Made by a program: the position numbers and the translations under genes. Of a stretch of DNA of 64,000 bases, positions 37,836-51,265 are shown one piece after another. The stretch is from Hemiscyllium ocellatum (lineage: Eukaryota), in the NCBI RefSeq assembly GCF_020745735.1, contig NW_026867487.1, forward strand, positions 3,534,001-3,598,000. Direction: 5' to 3'. The notes beneath the pieces were generated by a model. It was given only the letters and a program-made list of their open reading frames with translations. It ran no database searches and was not told where the DNA came from. Each line of letters begins with the position of its first letter. The first letter of the stretch is position 1.

Positions 37836-38879
37836 AGCAAGGCATATTTACCAGCTGTCAGGCTGTAGTGCTTGGCAAATTCTTAACAATAGAGAAGATA
37901 GTACTGGAATTCAGCATTCAAAGAGTGATTTGGCTCAATACTATTGTTCTACACCTTCTTTCAATTTTCTTTGGATATATACTTTGATGCCATCTGTGTG
38001 TGGAGGTAATGTTTATTTTCCAAAAAAAAACACATTTCGTTCAAATACAAGTGGAAATAAATCTATAAAAGCAATTAAGTAAGACAAGGTATACATCAAA
38101 TATTAATTTTCGCCATAGGCCATCTTTCATTTTGAGATGCCCAAATCAAAATATAATCACACCAGGCTTTGCAACATTCCATGTTTCACAGGCAGCTATA
38201 GGTACTAATTGTGAGACTGAACATTACACAAGGAGAATAAAATTCACCAATTCTCCTGACAGCACGCTGGTTTGCCTCAATACATACTCTAGAATCGTGA
38301 TATTTGTAATTTGTTTCCACAGCAGATGCAACCAAAGGATTTGAGACAGTATTCTGTCATTGGGACACACTGAGTGAAAACAGCTAAATTGAGATCTGCA
38401 TCGTACATCTCTTCGAAGGGTCAGCCCAAAATATCTTCCGCTTGTTTTCAGCTGGAAAAGCTGCGACATTCAGCATCAGCAAGCTCTCTGTTGCGGCATT
38501 GAAATATTTACACATTCTGCAAAATGAACAGATTAAAATGCTTATGTATCTCTTGGTGAATATTTCCAAACCTTTCTGCTTGGATATACTTCAGCTCATA
38601 CAACTAAGTAATCAAACATGGCGAGCCTTTAATTGATGAAGAAGGAAAATAATTTTATAACGTTGAAAACTATTTGAGTTTTTAAGTTTATTTGATGTTG
38701 AACCTATGTACATCGCGATGTTTAGTTTCCATTTTGTTTTAAGTTTTTCGAGTCGACACTTCTCCTATCCTCTGACAGTAATTCTGCAGCACATATTTTC
38801 ATTAATACTTTGCCATTCAAATTCCATCCTCTTTTTCTCATTTTCATTTTTCATGTTTCTAGTTTTTATTCTAAGATCA

Positions 38880-39365
38880 TAAAGCATTCGAACAGAATTC
38901 CTGGAATGGCGGGACTACCTTACGCTGAAAGGTTGGAGCGACTGGGCTTGTATACCCTTGAAATTAGAAGACTGAGAGGGGATCTGATTGAGACAAATAA
39001 GAATATTAAAGAATTGGACACTCTGGAGGCAGGACACATGTTTCCGCTGTTGGGTGAGTGCCGACCGAGAGGACACAGCTTAAAAATACGGGGTAGACCA
39101 TTCAGGACAGAGATGAGGAGAAACGTCTTCATCCAGAGAGTGGTGGCTGTGTTGAATGCTCTTCCACAGAAGGAAGTGGAGGCCCAGTCTCTGGATTCAT
39201 TTAAGAAAGAATTGGACAGACCTCTCAAGGATAGTGGAATCAAGTGTTATGGAGATAAGGCAGGAACAGGATACTGATTAAGGATGATCAGCCATGATCA
39301 TATTGAATGGTGGTGCAGGTTCGAAGGGCAGAATGGCCTAATCCTGCACCCATTGTCTATTGTCT
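38880..39365 (+). mobile_element. Relatively young CR1 LINE 3' end
   Basis: Open frame GLPYAERLERLGLYTLEIRRLRGDLIET...RGHSLKIRGRPFRTEMRRNVFIQRVV, then 3' UTR and (ATTGTCT)n tail. Confidence 0.92.
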
Positions 39366-39369
39366 ATTG

Positions 39370-40980
39370 ATACTTTGATACTACTCCCCTATTCAGTCAT
39401 GACGAATATGATTCGTGAACCCTGTCTTCTGGATTCTTAAAATTACATATGATCCCATGCTAATCATCAACTTATCATTCTCGATCTTAAAGTTATTAAA
39501 TAATTTAGTCTCATCGGTCTTGTGAGGCAACGAGGTGCATGGGTTCAGCGTATTCTGGTTGAAGAAATTCTTCTTGGTCTCAGATCTAAAGAGTCACTCC
39601 TTCATGGTCAGGCTTTGTCCTAGGGTCTCAGTCTCTCCTACTCGCACGAAAATCCTATTTTCTTCAACTGCATCCCGGCCTCTCAGTATGTACGATTAAA
39701 TAAGATCTCCCCTATAATGCTCAGCTAATTTTTATACAAATCCAACGTATTTAATGCTTCCTCATAAGACAAGTCCTACATTCCCAACATCAATCTTGAG
39801 AACCTCCTCTGATCCCCTTCAATACCATCACCATTTTCCTTGGAAAAGGGCCCAAAACCGCTCACTGCTGTCGAAATATGATCTGACCAAAGCGGTGTGC
39901 CACATCAGAATAATATCTCTACTCTTGTATTTTTGCCCTCTCGAAATGCATGCTCATCTGGTCAAAGACTTTCTGGAAATCCGAAAAGATCACGTTCATT
40001 GGTTGTTCATTGCAGAACGCTGTCATTAGCTCCTCAAATAATTCCAATAGACTTGTGAGACATGAGCACCTCTTGCCGAAGCAGGTATGCACAGCATTAT
40101 CTTCTATTCACTTCTAATATCATCCTTAATAATGGATACTGCAATCTTCCCAATAATCAAGGCCAGGCGACCTGGCCAGCAATTTCCAATCTTCACCCTC
40201 TCTCCCTTCTTAAAGCACGGTGTTAGATCAGGCATTTTTCAATCCTACAGTATATAGCATGACTCCAACGATTCATGAATTTTCACCACCAGTACCGCTG
40301 CAATATCCTGATCTTCTTTTCTGTCAGATTGGTCAATGCAGTCGAACTGGTTTGTATGATTTATCCACTGCTGTATATTTCAGTTACGCCAGCACCTTGA
40401 CATTTGTGATCGTTACTGCAATCAAATTTGCCTCTGAATCTCCTGCCGTTCTGAATGCAGCTGTCGTCTGCCACTGCGAAAGCTAATGCAAAGTACGCAT
40501 TCAATTCGTTTGCTACTTCTTTTTGCCTCATTCTTACTTGTCGAATGCCATTTTCCCCTGGCTCAATGCCCATTCTTGCCCTTCTTTTATATTTTATGCA
40601 TCTAAATCTAAACCCTGCAATCTGTTTGACATGAGCAGCTGCCATTCTTATGTATCATCTTCACTGCATGTATTGTCTGCATTAATTGTCCTCTGCAGGT
40701 TTTAAACGTTTACAATCGTCTGGTTTCCTAATAATCTTCACCATATTAGATATCTTTGCTTTTGATTTTATGCAGCCCCTGTCATAATGTTTCATCCCAA
40801 GAAAGAAGGAACACGCAAAGGGAAGAAGGAGGCCTCCTTCTTCCCTTTGCGTGTTCCTTCTTTCTTGGGATGAATTTTTGTTCTAAGTCCAAATTTACCC
40901 ACATAGCCTCCCACTACAGCTATTCCGACGTCTTCCCTGCCTTTCAATCAACTCTGGCCATTTTGTACCATATCTCTTTC
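39370..40980 (-). mobile_element. Decayed CR1 LINE fragment
   Basis: ORF 40361-40645 (KEVANELNAYFALAF) and downstream CR1-like segments. Confidence 0.65.
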
Positions 40981-42651
40981 TAGTTATCAGTCACGGAGGC
41001 AGGGCATTACAATGTCATGTCGGTTGATTGAAAAATAAATGCCAACACTTCCTCTCAATTTACCATCGAAACATCATTACATGTATACCTCACGAGAGGG
41101 CAATAAAGGATAGCGTTTGTTGCTAAGAGATTTAAAATCGTTCACAAAATGAGGACGTGAGCTTTTTTTTTGTTAAACTACCTAACTATATTAGCATGCC
41201 ATACCAAAACAAAATTCAAAATATTCCATTAATTCGGCATTTTGTTTCGCACAATTAATTAATGCTGATAAAACGAAAGGTTATATCACTTATAGAGAAA
41301 GACAAGATTCAGATAGAGGGCAATTAAATTAAAATTTGCAAAATTAGTGTTAACGTGTCTGTGGTAGTGGATGTCAGTAGTGAACAACATTTTCTGCCTG
41401 TCTACATGACTGAGCAGTCGAATCCTCCAGTTTAAGATGAATGAGGCTAAGATGTTCTTCAATGATTCTCTGTTTGCATTTTTATCATATTTCAGAGGCG
41501 GACAGTTGATATATTTTAGGAAAATACTTCAGATAATTTGACTTCAATAATGTTGGTGTACTACAAGACAGTTTAAAAATCATTCCAAAGAGACACAAAA
41601 CGGTACAGTGAGCCAGGGAAGGCAGCTAAAAGAAACGGTACAATTGTTGAAGAGTTATTTCTTCATACCAGTGAAATATACCTTACAGATCTTAAACACT
41701 CATTTGGAAGTTAAATTTCTGCTTTTTGTCACATTTTTAAGATGTTGTTCAATTTGAACTTGTAGGCTGCTGTTATTTGTGAATTCACTGTGGCTAGGTT
41801 AAAAAAACCGAAAATCCTGGAGTTGTCACCCTGGTGTGTTTGCCTACAACGCATGAATAGCAGAGTTCAAGAAGGGGGCAAATCAACACCTTCTCTTGGG
41901 AAAAAAAAGTGAGGTTGAATAGATGCTGGGGGCGGTCACCGATGCCCACATCCCAATGGTTATTAAGAAAACAACCTTGAAATCTGTTGTAGACTTTAGA
42001 TGGAAGGTCATATTTTCACATTTTGCTTGTCTGGAATTTAATGGTGGAATACATAGGCCATGGACACTGGGGAGTTTTTTTTTATGTTTACATGCTGACT
42101 GAAATATGCAGACAACCAGAAGAAAGTCTGAATGGGAATTGGATCTTTGTGTATTACAATCCCGATTCCCTTATTTTGAAAATCAAACGTCACTTTCAAA
42201 TATGTCTCCCACATCTCTTTCACGCTGCTTTACCATCTCGATTTCCGCTGCGTTTCGCCACTCAAATCTTTTACTCTCTGTATTACTAACACGGATGAAC
42301 CATGCACCTCCTTTTAAATAAACGACTTGTGTCCTTGGTCAGTGTTGCCTAAACAGCAGAAGAAACAGAGAAAGAGAGCACGAAGTGGAATTTATTTTTC
42401 GAAGGACAGAGAGTACAATGCACATACTGAAAGATCGGAAGTCAGATAGCTCGAAGTTTATGTTATTGAGAGCAGCAAAGATAGTTGGCGACAATGTCAG
42501 AGAAAGAAACTGCAGATGAAGAATATTTGAGATGAAATAATGAAGGCAAATGTGGAGAAAGAGAGGCATGGAGCTGTTCAGATGCTGTAAAAATAGAAAA
42601 AAAAATGAAGGTATGTGTGTCTCTGTGTGTAGATATGTAAATAAATAAATG

Positions 42652-42780
42652 AGAAAGTGAGGCCTGCAGATGCTGGAGATCAGAGTCTACAGTGTGGTTC
42701 TGGAAAAGCACAGCAGGTCAGACAGCGCCCGAGGCGCAGGAGAATCGACGTTTCTGTCACAAACCCTTCATCTGGATTCA
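42652..42780 (-). mobile_element. Penelope-type terminal repeat
   Basis: GAAAGTGAGGCCTGCAGATGCTGGAGATCAGAGTC...CTGGAAAAGCACAGCAGGTCAG...GGAGAATCGACGTTTC. Confidence 0.75.
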
Positions 42781-42799
42781 TATATGCATATATATATGC

Positions 42800-42838
42800 G
42801 TGTGTGTGTGTGTGTGTGTGTGTGTTTGTGTGTGTGTG
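42800..42838. repeat. (TG)n microsatellite
   Basis: Read directly from the sequence. Confidence 0.95.
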
Positions 42839-43019
42839 CGCGCGCAAACATGGTCTGAATGGATGGTCGTCCATAAGTATTCGGCTAAATGTTTTAACTA
42901 TATATCCCAGCATTTATTTACTTCTTAATAAAGGGAATTGTTTCGCAACAATCAAATTTATTTACATTACTCATACCTTTTTGGGTTTGCCTTAAACCTC
43001 TACCATGGCAGAACTGTCG

Positions 43020-43500
43020 TGGATATAAACTAATTCTGAAACTGACAAAGTGACGCACTTTGGGAACGATATGTCGCTGGAGAGTACAGAGGAAGAAAAG
43101 AAAGAAACATTGGTGCACAAATTCTTAAATCTCGGACGTTGTCCGTCCAAGTGCATAAGGTGCCGATAAAGGCATGTGAAATGCTTCCCTTAATTGGCAC
43201 AACTGGAGAGATAAGTGAAAGAGAATCTTGTCACACATTTATAAAACATTGATGATGCCACAGATAAATACCGTTTGCAGTTCTGCAAACAATATTAACG
43301 GAATGGCGTGATTTAATTTAAGGCAGTGGAGACGAAATTCGCCAAGATGTTGTTTTGTTTGTAAAATGTAAAATATCAGAGGAGATTGGATTGGCTGGGT
43401 TGTTTTCCTTGGTGTATACGAAGCTGAAAGGGTGATCTGATTGATGTTCATGAAATTATGAGAGGCATAGATCGGAGAGATCGTGAGGTTACTTACTGTT
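43020..43500 (+). mobile_element. Old CR1 fragment, sense orientation
   Basis: GGGTGATCTGATTGATGTTCATGAAATTATGAGAGGCATAGATCGG (GDLIDVHEIMRGIDR). Confidence 0.65.
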
Positions 43501-43504
43501 GCTG

Positions 43505-45960
43505 ACCATAAGAACATAAGACATAGGAGTAAAATTAAGCCATTCAGACACCATGTCTGCTTAGCCATTCAATCATGGCTGATACGTTTCTCAACCCCAT
43601 TCTCTCGCCTTCTCCATTAAACATTGATCCCCTTGATACTTAAGAGCCTAGCTATCTCAGTCTGTAAAACAAAAACTCAATAACCTGGCCTCAACAGCCT
43701 TCTTTGGCAATGAATTCCATAGATTCTTTACTTTCTGGCAGAAGAAGGTTTCTTCCTATTTCCGTTGTAACAGGTCTTCCTTTACAATAAGGCTGTGCCC
43801 TTGGGTTCTCATCTCTGTGACCAATCTAAAGACCTTCCCAACATCTATTCTGTCTCGGTGATTAAGCATTCTGCATGTTTTACATAGATTCCTCCTCATC
43901 CATCTAAACTCCATCGAGTACAGTTCCTGAGTCCTCAAACATTTTACACACATTTAGCTTTTCATTCCGGGAACCACTCTCGTGTACCACCTCTGAGCTA
44001 CCTTTATGGCCAGCACATGATTCCTAAGATATTGGGACCAAAAACGCGCATAACAATCCATTTGTTTCCTCACCAGAGTCTATTAGAACCTCTGGTACTT
44101 CCCTGCTATTATATTCAATTCGATTCAAAATAAATGCCATTATTGCATTTGCCTTCCAAACCACTGAGGTCAATCGAAAGTTTACCTTTGTACACTCGTG
44201 GACGAGGACTCTCAAGTCACTTTGCACTTCAGACTTCTGAATTTTCTCCCCATTTAAAAAAGAGTCCACCCCTCTTGTTACTAAAGTGCAAACCCTCATA
44301 ATTGCCCACATTGTACTCCATCTGCCACTTTTTGTCAACTCTTCTAACCTGTCAAAATCGCTCTGCAGCCTTTCCGCCTCCTCAATGCTGTCTCTCTCTC
44401 TCTCTCTCTCTTCCTATCCTTTTATCGTCTGCCACTTAGACGGACTGCCTTTAGTTCCATCATCTCGAACATTAGCATATAAAGTAAAACACTGAGCCTT
44501 GCAGAATACTTCTTTACACCAGCCACCATCTTGAGGACCGTTTTATCCTCACTCTCTGCTTTCTCGAGGCAGACAATCCTCCATCCTTGCTAACAATTTG
44601 CGTCTAACACCATGGATACTTCTGTTACTCAGTAGCCTCCTGTGCGGCACATCAGGGTCCAGATCAATAACATCTGTTGGCACTCCTTGACTTAACCTAG
44701 TGGTTGCATTCTAAAGGAATTCGAACAGATTTGTCAGGTACTGACTCCCTCAATGAAGCCATTCTGACTTTGTCCTGTTTTCCCACACACTTCCAAGCAT
44801 TCAGAACTTCCATTCTTCAAAATGGGTTCTGAGATCATATCCATGACTGAAATTAAGCTGATCTGTTTGTAATATTCAGTTTTCTCCGCACTCCCTTTTT
44901 AAACAGGGGTGTCACATTAGTGATTTTCCAGTCTTCTAGGACCCTCCTGATTGTAGCGAATCCTGAAAGATCACCATTAGTGCCACCATTATCTCTTCAG
45001 ATTTCTCCCTTAGAACTCTGGGTGTAATTCATCTGGACCAAGGAATTTATCCACCTTCAGGTCATTCAAATTTTCTATCACCTTCTACTTGGTGATGGCC
45101 ACCATACTGAGCTCTGCCCCCTCACTCTTGAATTTTTGGTATAGTATTCATGTCTTCCACCGTGAAGACAGACATGAAGCAAATGTTCAGTTCCTAAACC
45201 ATTTCCTTGTTCCTAACTAGTATCTCTCTGGTGTCATTTTCCAACGGTCCCCATCTCCACTTCTGCCTCTCTTTCGCCCTTTATATATTTAAAGAATATA
45301 GTACAGTCTTTCTTTATATTTGAGCTGGCTTACACTCTTTTTTTTATCTTCTCCGTCTCTATTTCTTTCTTTGTTGTCCACTGATTCTCTTTGCAAGCTT
45401 CCCATTCCTTTTTATTTTACCACTGCTTTTCACCACATTGTATGTTTTCTCCTTTGCTTGTATGCTATCCTTGACGTCCCTTGTTAGTCAGGATAAATTA
45501 CCTCATCAGCCATGTGACATGCTGTACTTTCCCTAGGAATGAATCTCCACTGCATCTCCTGAACTACTCGCAGAAAATCTTGCCAATTGTTCTTCCACTG
45601 TCTTCTCTGCTGGTTCCTCTCCAAGTCAGTTACATCCAGGTCCTCCCTCATGCCTCTGGAGCTGAATTTATTCAGTTTTAATGACGGACCTCTGATTCTA
45701 TCTCCCTCTCAAATTGCAGGATAAAACCAATCATATTATTATCACTGCCTCCAAAGGATTCCTTCACCTTCAGCTCCCTTATCATGTCTGCCTTATTATA
45801 CAACACCAAAACTAGTGTTGCTCGGTCCTTATTGGGCTTCACCATGGCTTATCTAAAAAAAAATTTGTCGACATGACATGAATTCCCTTACTTGCAATGC
45901 TTGACCAACCCGATTTTCTCAGTCCATCTGCACATTGCAATTCCCCATGATCGCTGTCAC
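43505..45960 (-). mobile_element. CR1 LINE fragment
   Basis: (CATAAGAA) tail at 43506; ORF 44024-44338 (KVNFRLTSVVWKANAIMAFI); RT relics further right. Confidence 0.85.
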
Positions 45961-45969
45961 TTTGCTTTT

Positions 45970-47360
45970 TAGAGAACATAGATCATAGAGCTGTACAGCA
46001 CAGAACAAGCCCATTGACCCTTGATGTTATGCCAAAATGTTATGCTATTCTAAGATCAAACTAATCTGCATAACCTTCATTTCACTATCATGCATGTATC
46101 CAAGAGTCGCTTAATTATCCCTAATGTATCTGACTATTTTTCGCCCTGGGAAAACGTCTTTGAGTAGTCATTCCTTTTATGCTTCGCACCATCTTGTACA
46201 TTTCTATTAAGTCGCTTCTCACCCTTCTTCACTCCAATGAGAAAAGCGTAAGACACACCCTCCAATCGAGGCAGAATCCTGGAAAATCTCGTCTGCATAC
46301 TCTCTAAAGCTTGCAAATCATCCCTATAATTATGTGACCAGAACTAAGCGCAATAATCCAAATGTGATCTAACCAGGCATTTACACAGCTGCAGCATAAT
46401 CACTATTAAACTCGGTACCCAAGGGAATGAAAGTCAACACACCATACGCCTTCTTGACAAACTTACCAAAACGGATGTTCGCCTTTAGGAAGCCATGGAT
46501 ATGGACCCCGAGATCTCTCTGTTCCTCCACACTGCGAATAATCCCGAAGTTAATCTTGTATTGTGTATTCAAATTCGATCTATAAAAATGAATTACATGA
46601 TACTTTTCCAGATTGATCTGGATCTGCCGCTTCTCAGCCCAGATGTTCTTTCTCCCCGATGTCACGTTACAACCTACATAAGTTCTCTAGACTATTTACC
46701 ATTCCACCAATTTTCGTGTCTTCGGCCAAATTTGTAACACACCCTTCCACTTCCTCATTCAAGTCAGTTGTAAAAATCACAAGGAGTCGATGTCCGAGAA
46801 CACATGTTTGCAGAACAATTCTCGTCGTCGATATCCAGGCTGAATACTTTTCATCTACTACCACCCTTCTGTCTTATATGGGCTCACCAATTCTGTGTTC
46901 AGATTAGTAAATTTCCCTTTCGCCCATGCCTCATGACTTTCTGAATGAGCCAACATTAAGGGAAACTTATCCAGCGTTCTGCTAAAATTCATGTGCACTA
47001 CAGCCACTGCTCTACAATCACCATTGTGCATTGTCTCTGAATAAGGCTTGTGAGGCATGACTTACCCCCTCACAAAGCCATGCTGAATATGTTTGATCAA
47101 ACGATGGTTTTCCAAATGATCATAAATCCCCTCTCTCAGAATATTCCCAAATGCTTTGCCGAGCAAATACCTAAGACTAACTGGTCTGTAACTGCCAGGA
47201 TTATCCATATTCTCTTTCTTGAACAAGGGAAGAACGTTTTCCAGCCTCCCCCACTCCCCCCGCCCCATTCATCTGAAACTATTCCAGTGGACAGGGAAGG
47301 CACAAAGATGATCTTCTTGCACATGGTTTCCATCTCCTGGTGTATCTTGTGCCACAACTC
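45970..47360 (-). mobile_element. CR1 LINE fragment
   Basis: CATAGATCATAGAG tail; ORFs with TNLAEDTKIGG and PGSYRPVSL. Confidence 0.88.
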
Positions 47361-49996
47361 CTGACTATTGTTTGGAGGCCTTTAAGATTGTCCAACTGTG
47401 TCTTCATTTATATTTGAGTTAGCTCAATTGTACCCATATAGATTCTGCAATTTTAGAGTCTGCCTCATACCTTACTATCGATGTATTTTCGTTTCTTGCG
47501 AACAAATAAATCACACTTGTTCAATATCAGAAGAAATAAATTGGAATTGTGGAGAATATGAGGCAAGTATTTTCACCCAGAAGTTGATATAAATTCAGAA
47601 TGCACTGCCTGTGACAGTGGTGATACTTTCCCACTTTTTTTCAAGACGGCTCTGTACGATTAATTGAAATGCGAAGACATGATAGGCTATGGCCAAGCAC
47701 AGCTATATGGAACGAGCGTACTTTGGAAATTAATTGACATGGTGAACTGATGGGCCTGTTCCTCAGCTTATATGACTCTAAGAGTTTCCTCAGAATTACC
47801 TGCGTAGATATTAAAAATTGATGCCCAATTGTTTCAATACTGATTATAGAGCATTCTTGTTTTGATACCCCTCCACACTATAATTTTCAATCACAAGGAT
47901 GACAGAGGAAGGACATGTTGCAAACTTTCGATGTTGCCATCTTTCTGGAGACTTCAACGATAAATCTCGCATGACAAACTTGCATGACATTTGCTCAATA
48001 ATATACGTAAGGCATTAAGTACTCGCAAGTCAGTGGAAGCTGATGATAGATTTTAACCTCGACTTCAATTTACAAATGCCAATCCATTAAGCCAGTTTCT
48101 CGTGCTTGCGTGGTGAGGTAGTGACTTATTTCAACTTCTCTTCATTTGGAATGAAGTCAGTGGACGGTGGGCGAGAGGGGTGTTAAAGAAAGTCAGATTG
48201 TGAAAGAGACAGAAAAGACTTCTTCTCTCTTGTTTCTGTACTTCGGGATTCCAAATATTTTTCGATTGATTTGAGTATGTTTTCAGCTTTTGGAGGTTGT
48301 AGTCGCTGGCGAGACCAGCATTCATTGACCATTCGTTGTTGGTCTTGTAATTGATATGGTGATTCAGTTAGTTGCATTTATATTTCTATTTTTGGGATAT
48401 CCAGCTGGGGAATATTTGTTATGTTTTCTTCTAGAACAATAATCTAATACTGTTCAAGAAGGCCTTCTATCTATATATTTATTTGCATACACACTGGCTG
48501 CAACGAAGTTAATATCCAAATCAAAACGTCATAATTGATTATTTACTGTGAAGCAATGGTTTACTTTGCAAACACTTGTACTTTGTTTACTATCATTAAA
48601 ATTCCTTGAAAATAAATTAATACAGACATTATTTATTTAAAGTAAATGTAAGTAATGTCAAAAAACTGTTCTGAAATGTCTGCTGCTCCATCATGAAAAA
48701 AACAACAGGCTACCATTACACGAAATGTGTATTCAGGTCAATTTGTCATTTGTTAACGTAATTTGGACAAGTTTATCATAACTAGAGAATGAATCTAGAT
48801 TAACTCTTGCTGTCAAAGTATCACAGCTTGTATTTTCATGTGCTAACTTTGAGAAGATGAAAAGCACTGTCTTTTTTTTGTTTGCTCCTGGGATACGGCA
48901 GTCTTTGCTTGGACCAGCATTTATTTCCTTTTTGAAAGTGGTGCTGATCTGTTATCTTGCACCGTTTCAGGCCATGTGCTGCAGCTCGACTGAGAATTCT
49001 GTGAGGGAGCAAAGTCCAGGAGTTCAACTCAGTGCAACTGAAAGAAAGGCAGAATTGTTTCCATGTCATTATTTTGAGAGATTTGGAGGAAATCTAGCAG
49101 ATTATGCTGCATCCATGTATTCACCACTCTTGTCCGTCTGGGTTGTTATGGCCGTCGGTTTTGAAGGTGGTCCATAAACAGCATTGGCATAAAAAATTAT
49201 TTTATGCCCACAACACGCTTCAAAGTTCATTAATATCATTTACGTATATTGGTTGAAGTTTAATTATTTTCTAAATTGTAAAAGCAGCAATAATGTTTGA
49301 AACCTCGTTTGCAGAAACAATAATGCGATAGGTTAAATTAAATTTGGGATTTTAGAGTTAATGAAACAGTATTGTTTGAGTCAATATTATGCTGTCACTT
49401 ATAATCGCATCAACGAACCTGTTGGATTTGACAGAAATGTGCAAATGCAACCTTCTCGACCCAGGCTGACTGGCATGCCGAGTACTCCCAGCTTATTGCT
49501 TCTATATCAATTTTCGAATAGCAGCAATACTTTGCATTTTTCGAATTGAATGTAGAGAGCAGAGTATTTCTGACACTGCCAGCTTTCACTGTCAATTGGA
49601 AAAAGTTGTTTTTCATCTCGTTGGAGTTCTACTGCATGGCACTAATATTCATATTTGAGTATAGGTGTGGTTTCGTTATAGGTATTTCACTGGTCAAAGC
49701 AGCCAGATGGCAAAAAGAAATCAATGTGGAACTGAATTCCCATATAAGTCTTGATGATTATGTTGGGCAAGATTTGTCCTTCGAAAGACGAATAAAATAG
49801 TTTCGCATTATGTTTTCGATATTATAACATTAATTTAAAAATGTTTTTACTTCAGGTTCATTTTGGGACTTGAAGTAATATTGTCAAACCTGCCATGTTG
49901 GAATTTTTACTGAGATGAATATAGAGAAAGTGAGTAATGGAGGAAGAGAGAGACATAGAGAGAGATGAAAATGTACAGACAAAGAATGAGTGAGCA

Positions 49997-50008
49997 AGAG
50001 AGAGAGGC

Positions 50009-50065
<57 letters not shown>

Positions 50066-50092
50066 AAGAGAGAGAGAGAGTTATAGAGAGAG
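49997..50092. repeat. (GA)n microsatellite, interrupted
   Basis: Read directly from the sequence. Confidence 0.95.
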
Positions 50093-51059
50093 AAAAAAAG
50101 AGGTTTGGACCTAAGTCTAGCAATGTTTTGGTAACTTTGTGACAAAAGATGTTTTTTGTTGCAATATTTAAAGAGTATTAAAATAAACTGTATGCTATTC
50201 TTGATATTTTTAGAGTTATTTGGCTTTTCAAAAATATTTTTAAAAAGTGATGGTATCATATTTCTGACACTCAGGCAACAAAACTTACTGTTTCACCATT
50301 GCTTGCTCCAAAGTCAACTTCTCACTTTTGAGTTAAAAATAAATCAGGCGCTATTATTTGTTCGAAACACGTGACCTGGCATTTATGTGCTTATAGACTC
50401 ATTACAGAATCCCAGATCACATGTGGTGGCAATTGCAAATGAGCGTTTTTAGATCACCTTGTAACTTCCATCCCTAAATTTATATTTGACACTGATGTGA
50501 TGTCTGGATTCTTAATAATGAAGACCGAAAATAATCTAGTGAAACTGAGACGGGGTCCAAGTTAACGTAAAGTACGGGTGAATCTGATACAATGATAAAG
50601 TCACACAGAGTCTTAATTATTATAAACTCAGGCAGGATCTAGTGCAGGTATTACGGAAACGGGCCCTGCAACGATATTAACTGAACAGGTCTAGTTCAGC
50701 TTTTCTAACATTCTGTCGACATTCATATAAATTAAGGCAATGCATGGTGTAATCATTTCCAAAACAGTATCTGCATTCATACAAAGGCAAGGTCATGTGC
50801 CGTGGATACTGAATATTGTTAGAGAGTCTAAATTCAGAGTAACTGAGACAGAGACGAACAATATTATTCTCATATCGGATCAAGGTTGACATAAACGTAA
50901 GTATTCTCTCCTGCTTTACTTACCCGATGCTGTGTTTCGATTTTTAAATTCGAGACAGAGTCCAGTAAGGGACGACAAAGGATTTATATCCATGAAACTG
51001 AAACAGAGTATGCTGCAGTGACACTGGTAGATGGTCTAAATTAAAATCAACTAAACACA

Positions 51060-51265
51060 AACAGTGATGCGTGCGTGGAACGCATTGACAGCGGTGGTAG
51101 TAGAGTCATCTACATTAGGGACATTTAAGCATTTCTTCAGTAGGTACATGGATAATAGTAAATTGTACGGTATGTACCTTAGCTTATCATAGAATAGGAA
51201 AATGCATTATCGCGGGCTCAAGTGCCTGTACTGTGCTGTACTTCTGTGTGCTCTATGTTTTGTAT
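51060..51265 (+). mobile_element. CR1 3' end fragment
   Basis: GCGTGGAACGCATTG (AWNAL), GGGACATTTAAG and CTGTACTGTGCTGTA tail motifs. Confidence 0.7.

Noticed and set aside
41470-41640. catatttcAG acceptor followed ~105 nt later by RYSEPGKAAK, similar to WYxQxPGKAP
   Set aside because: Wrong spacing, stops in between, no cysteines and no RSS; compatible with chance.
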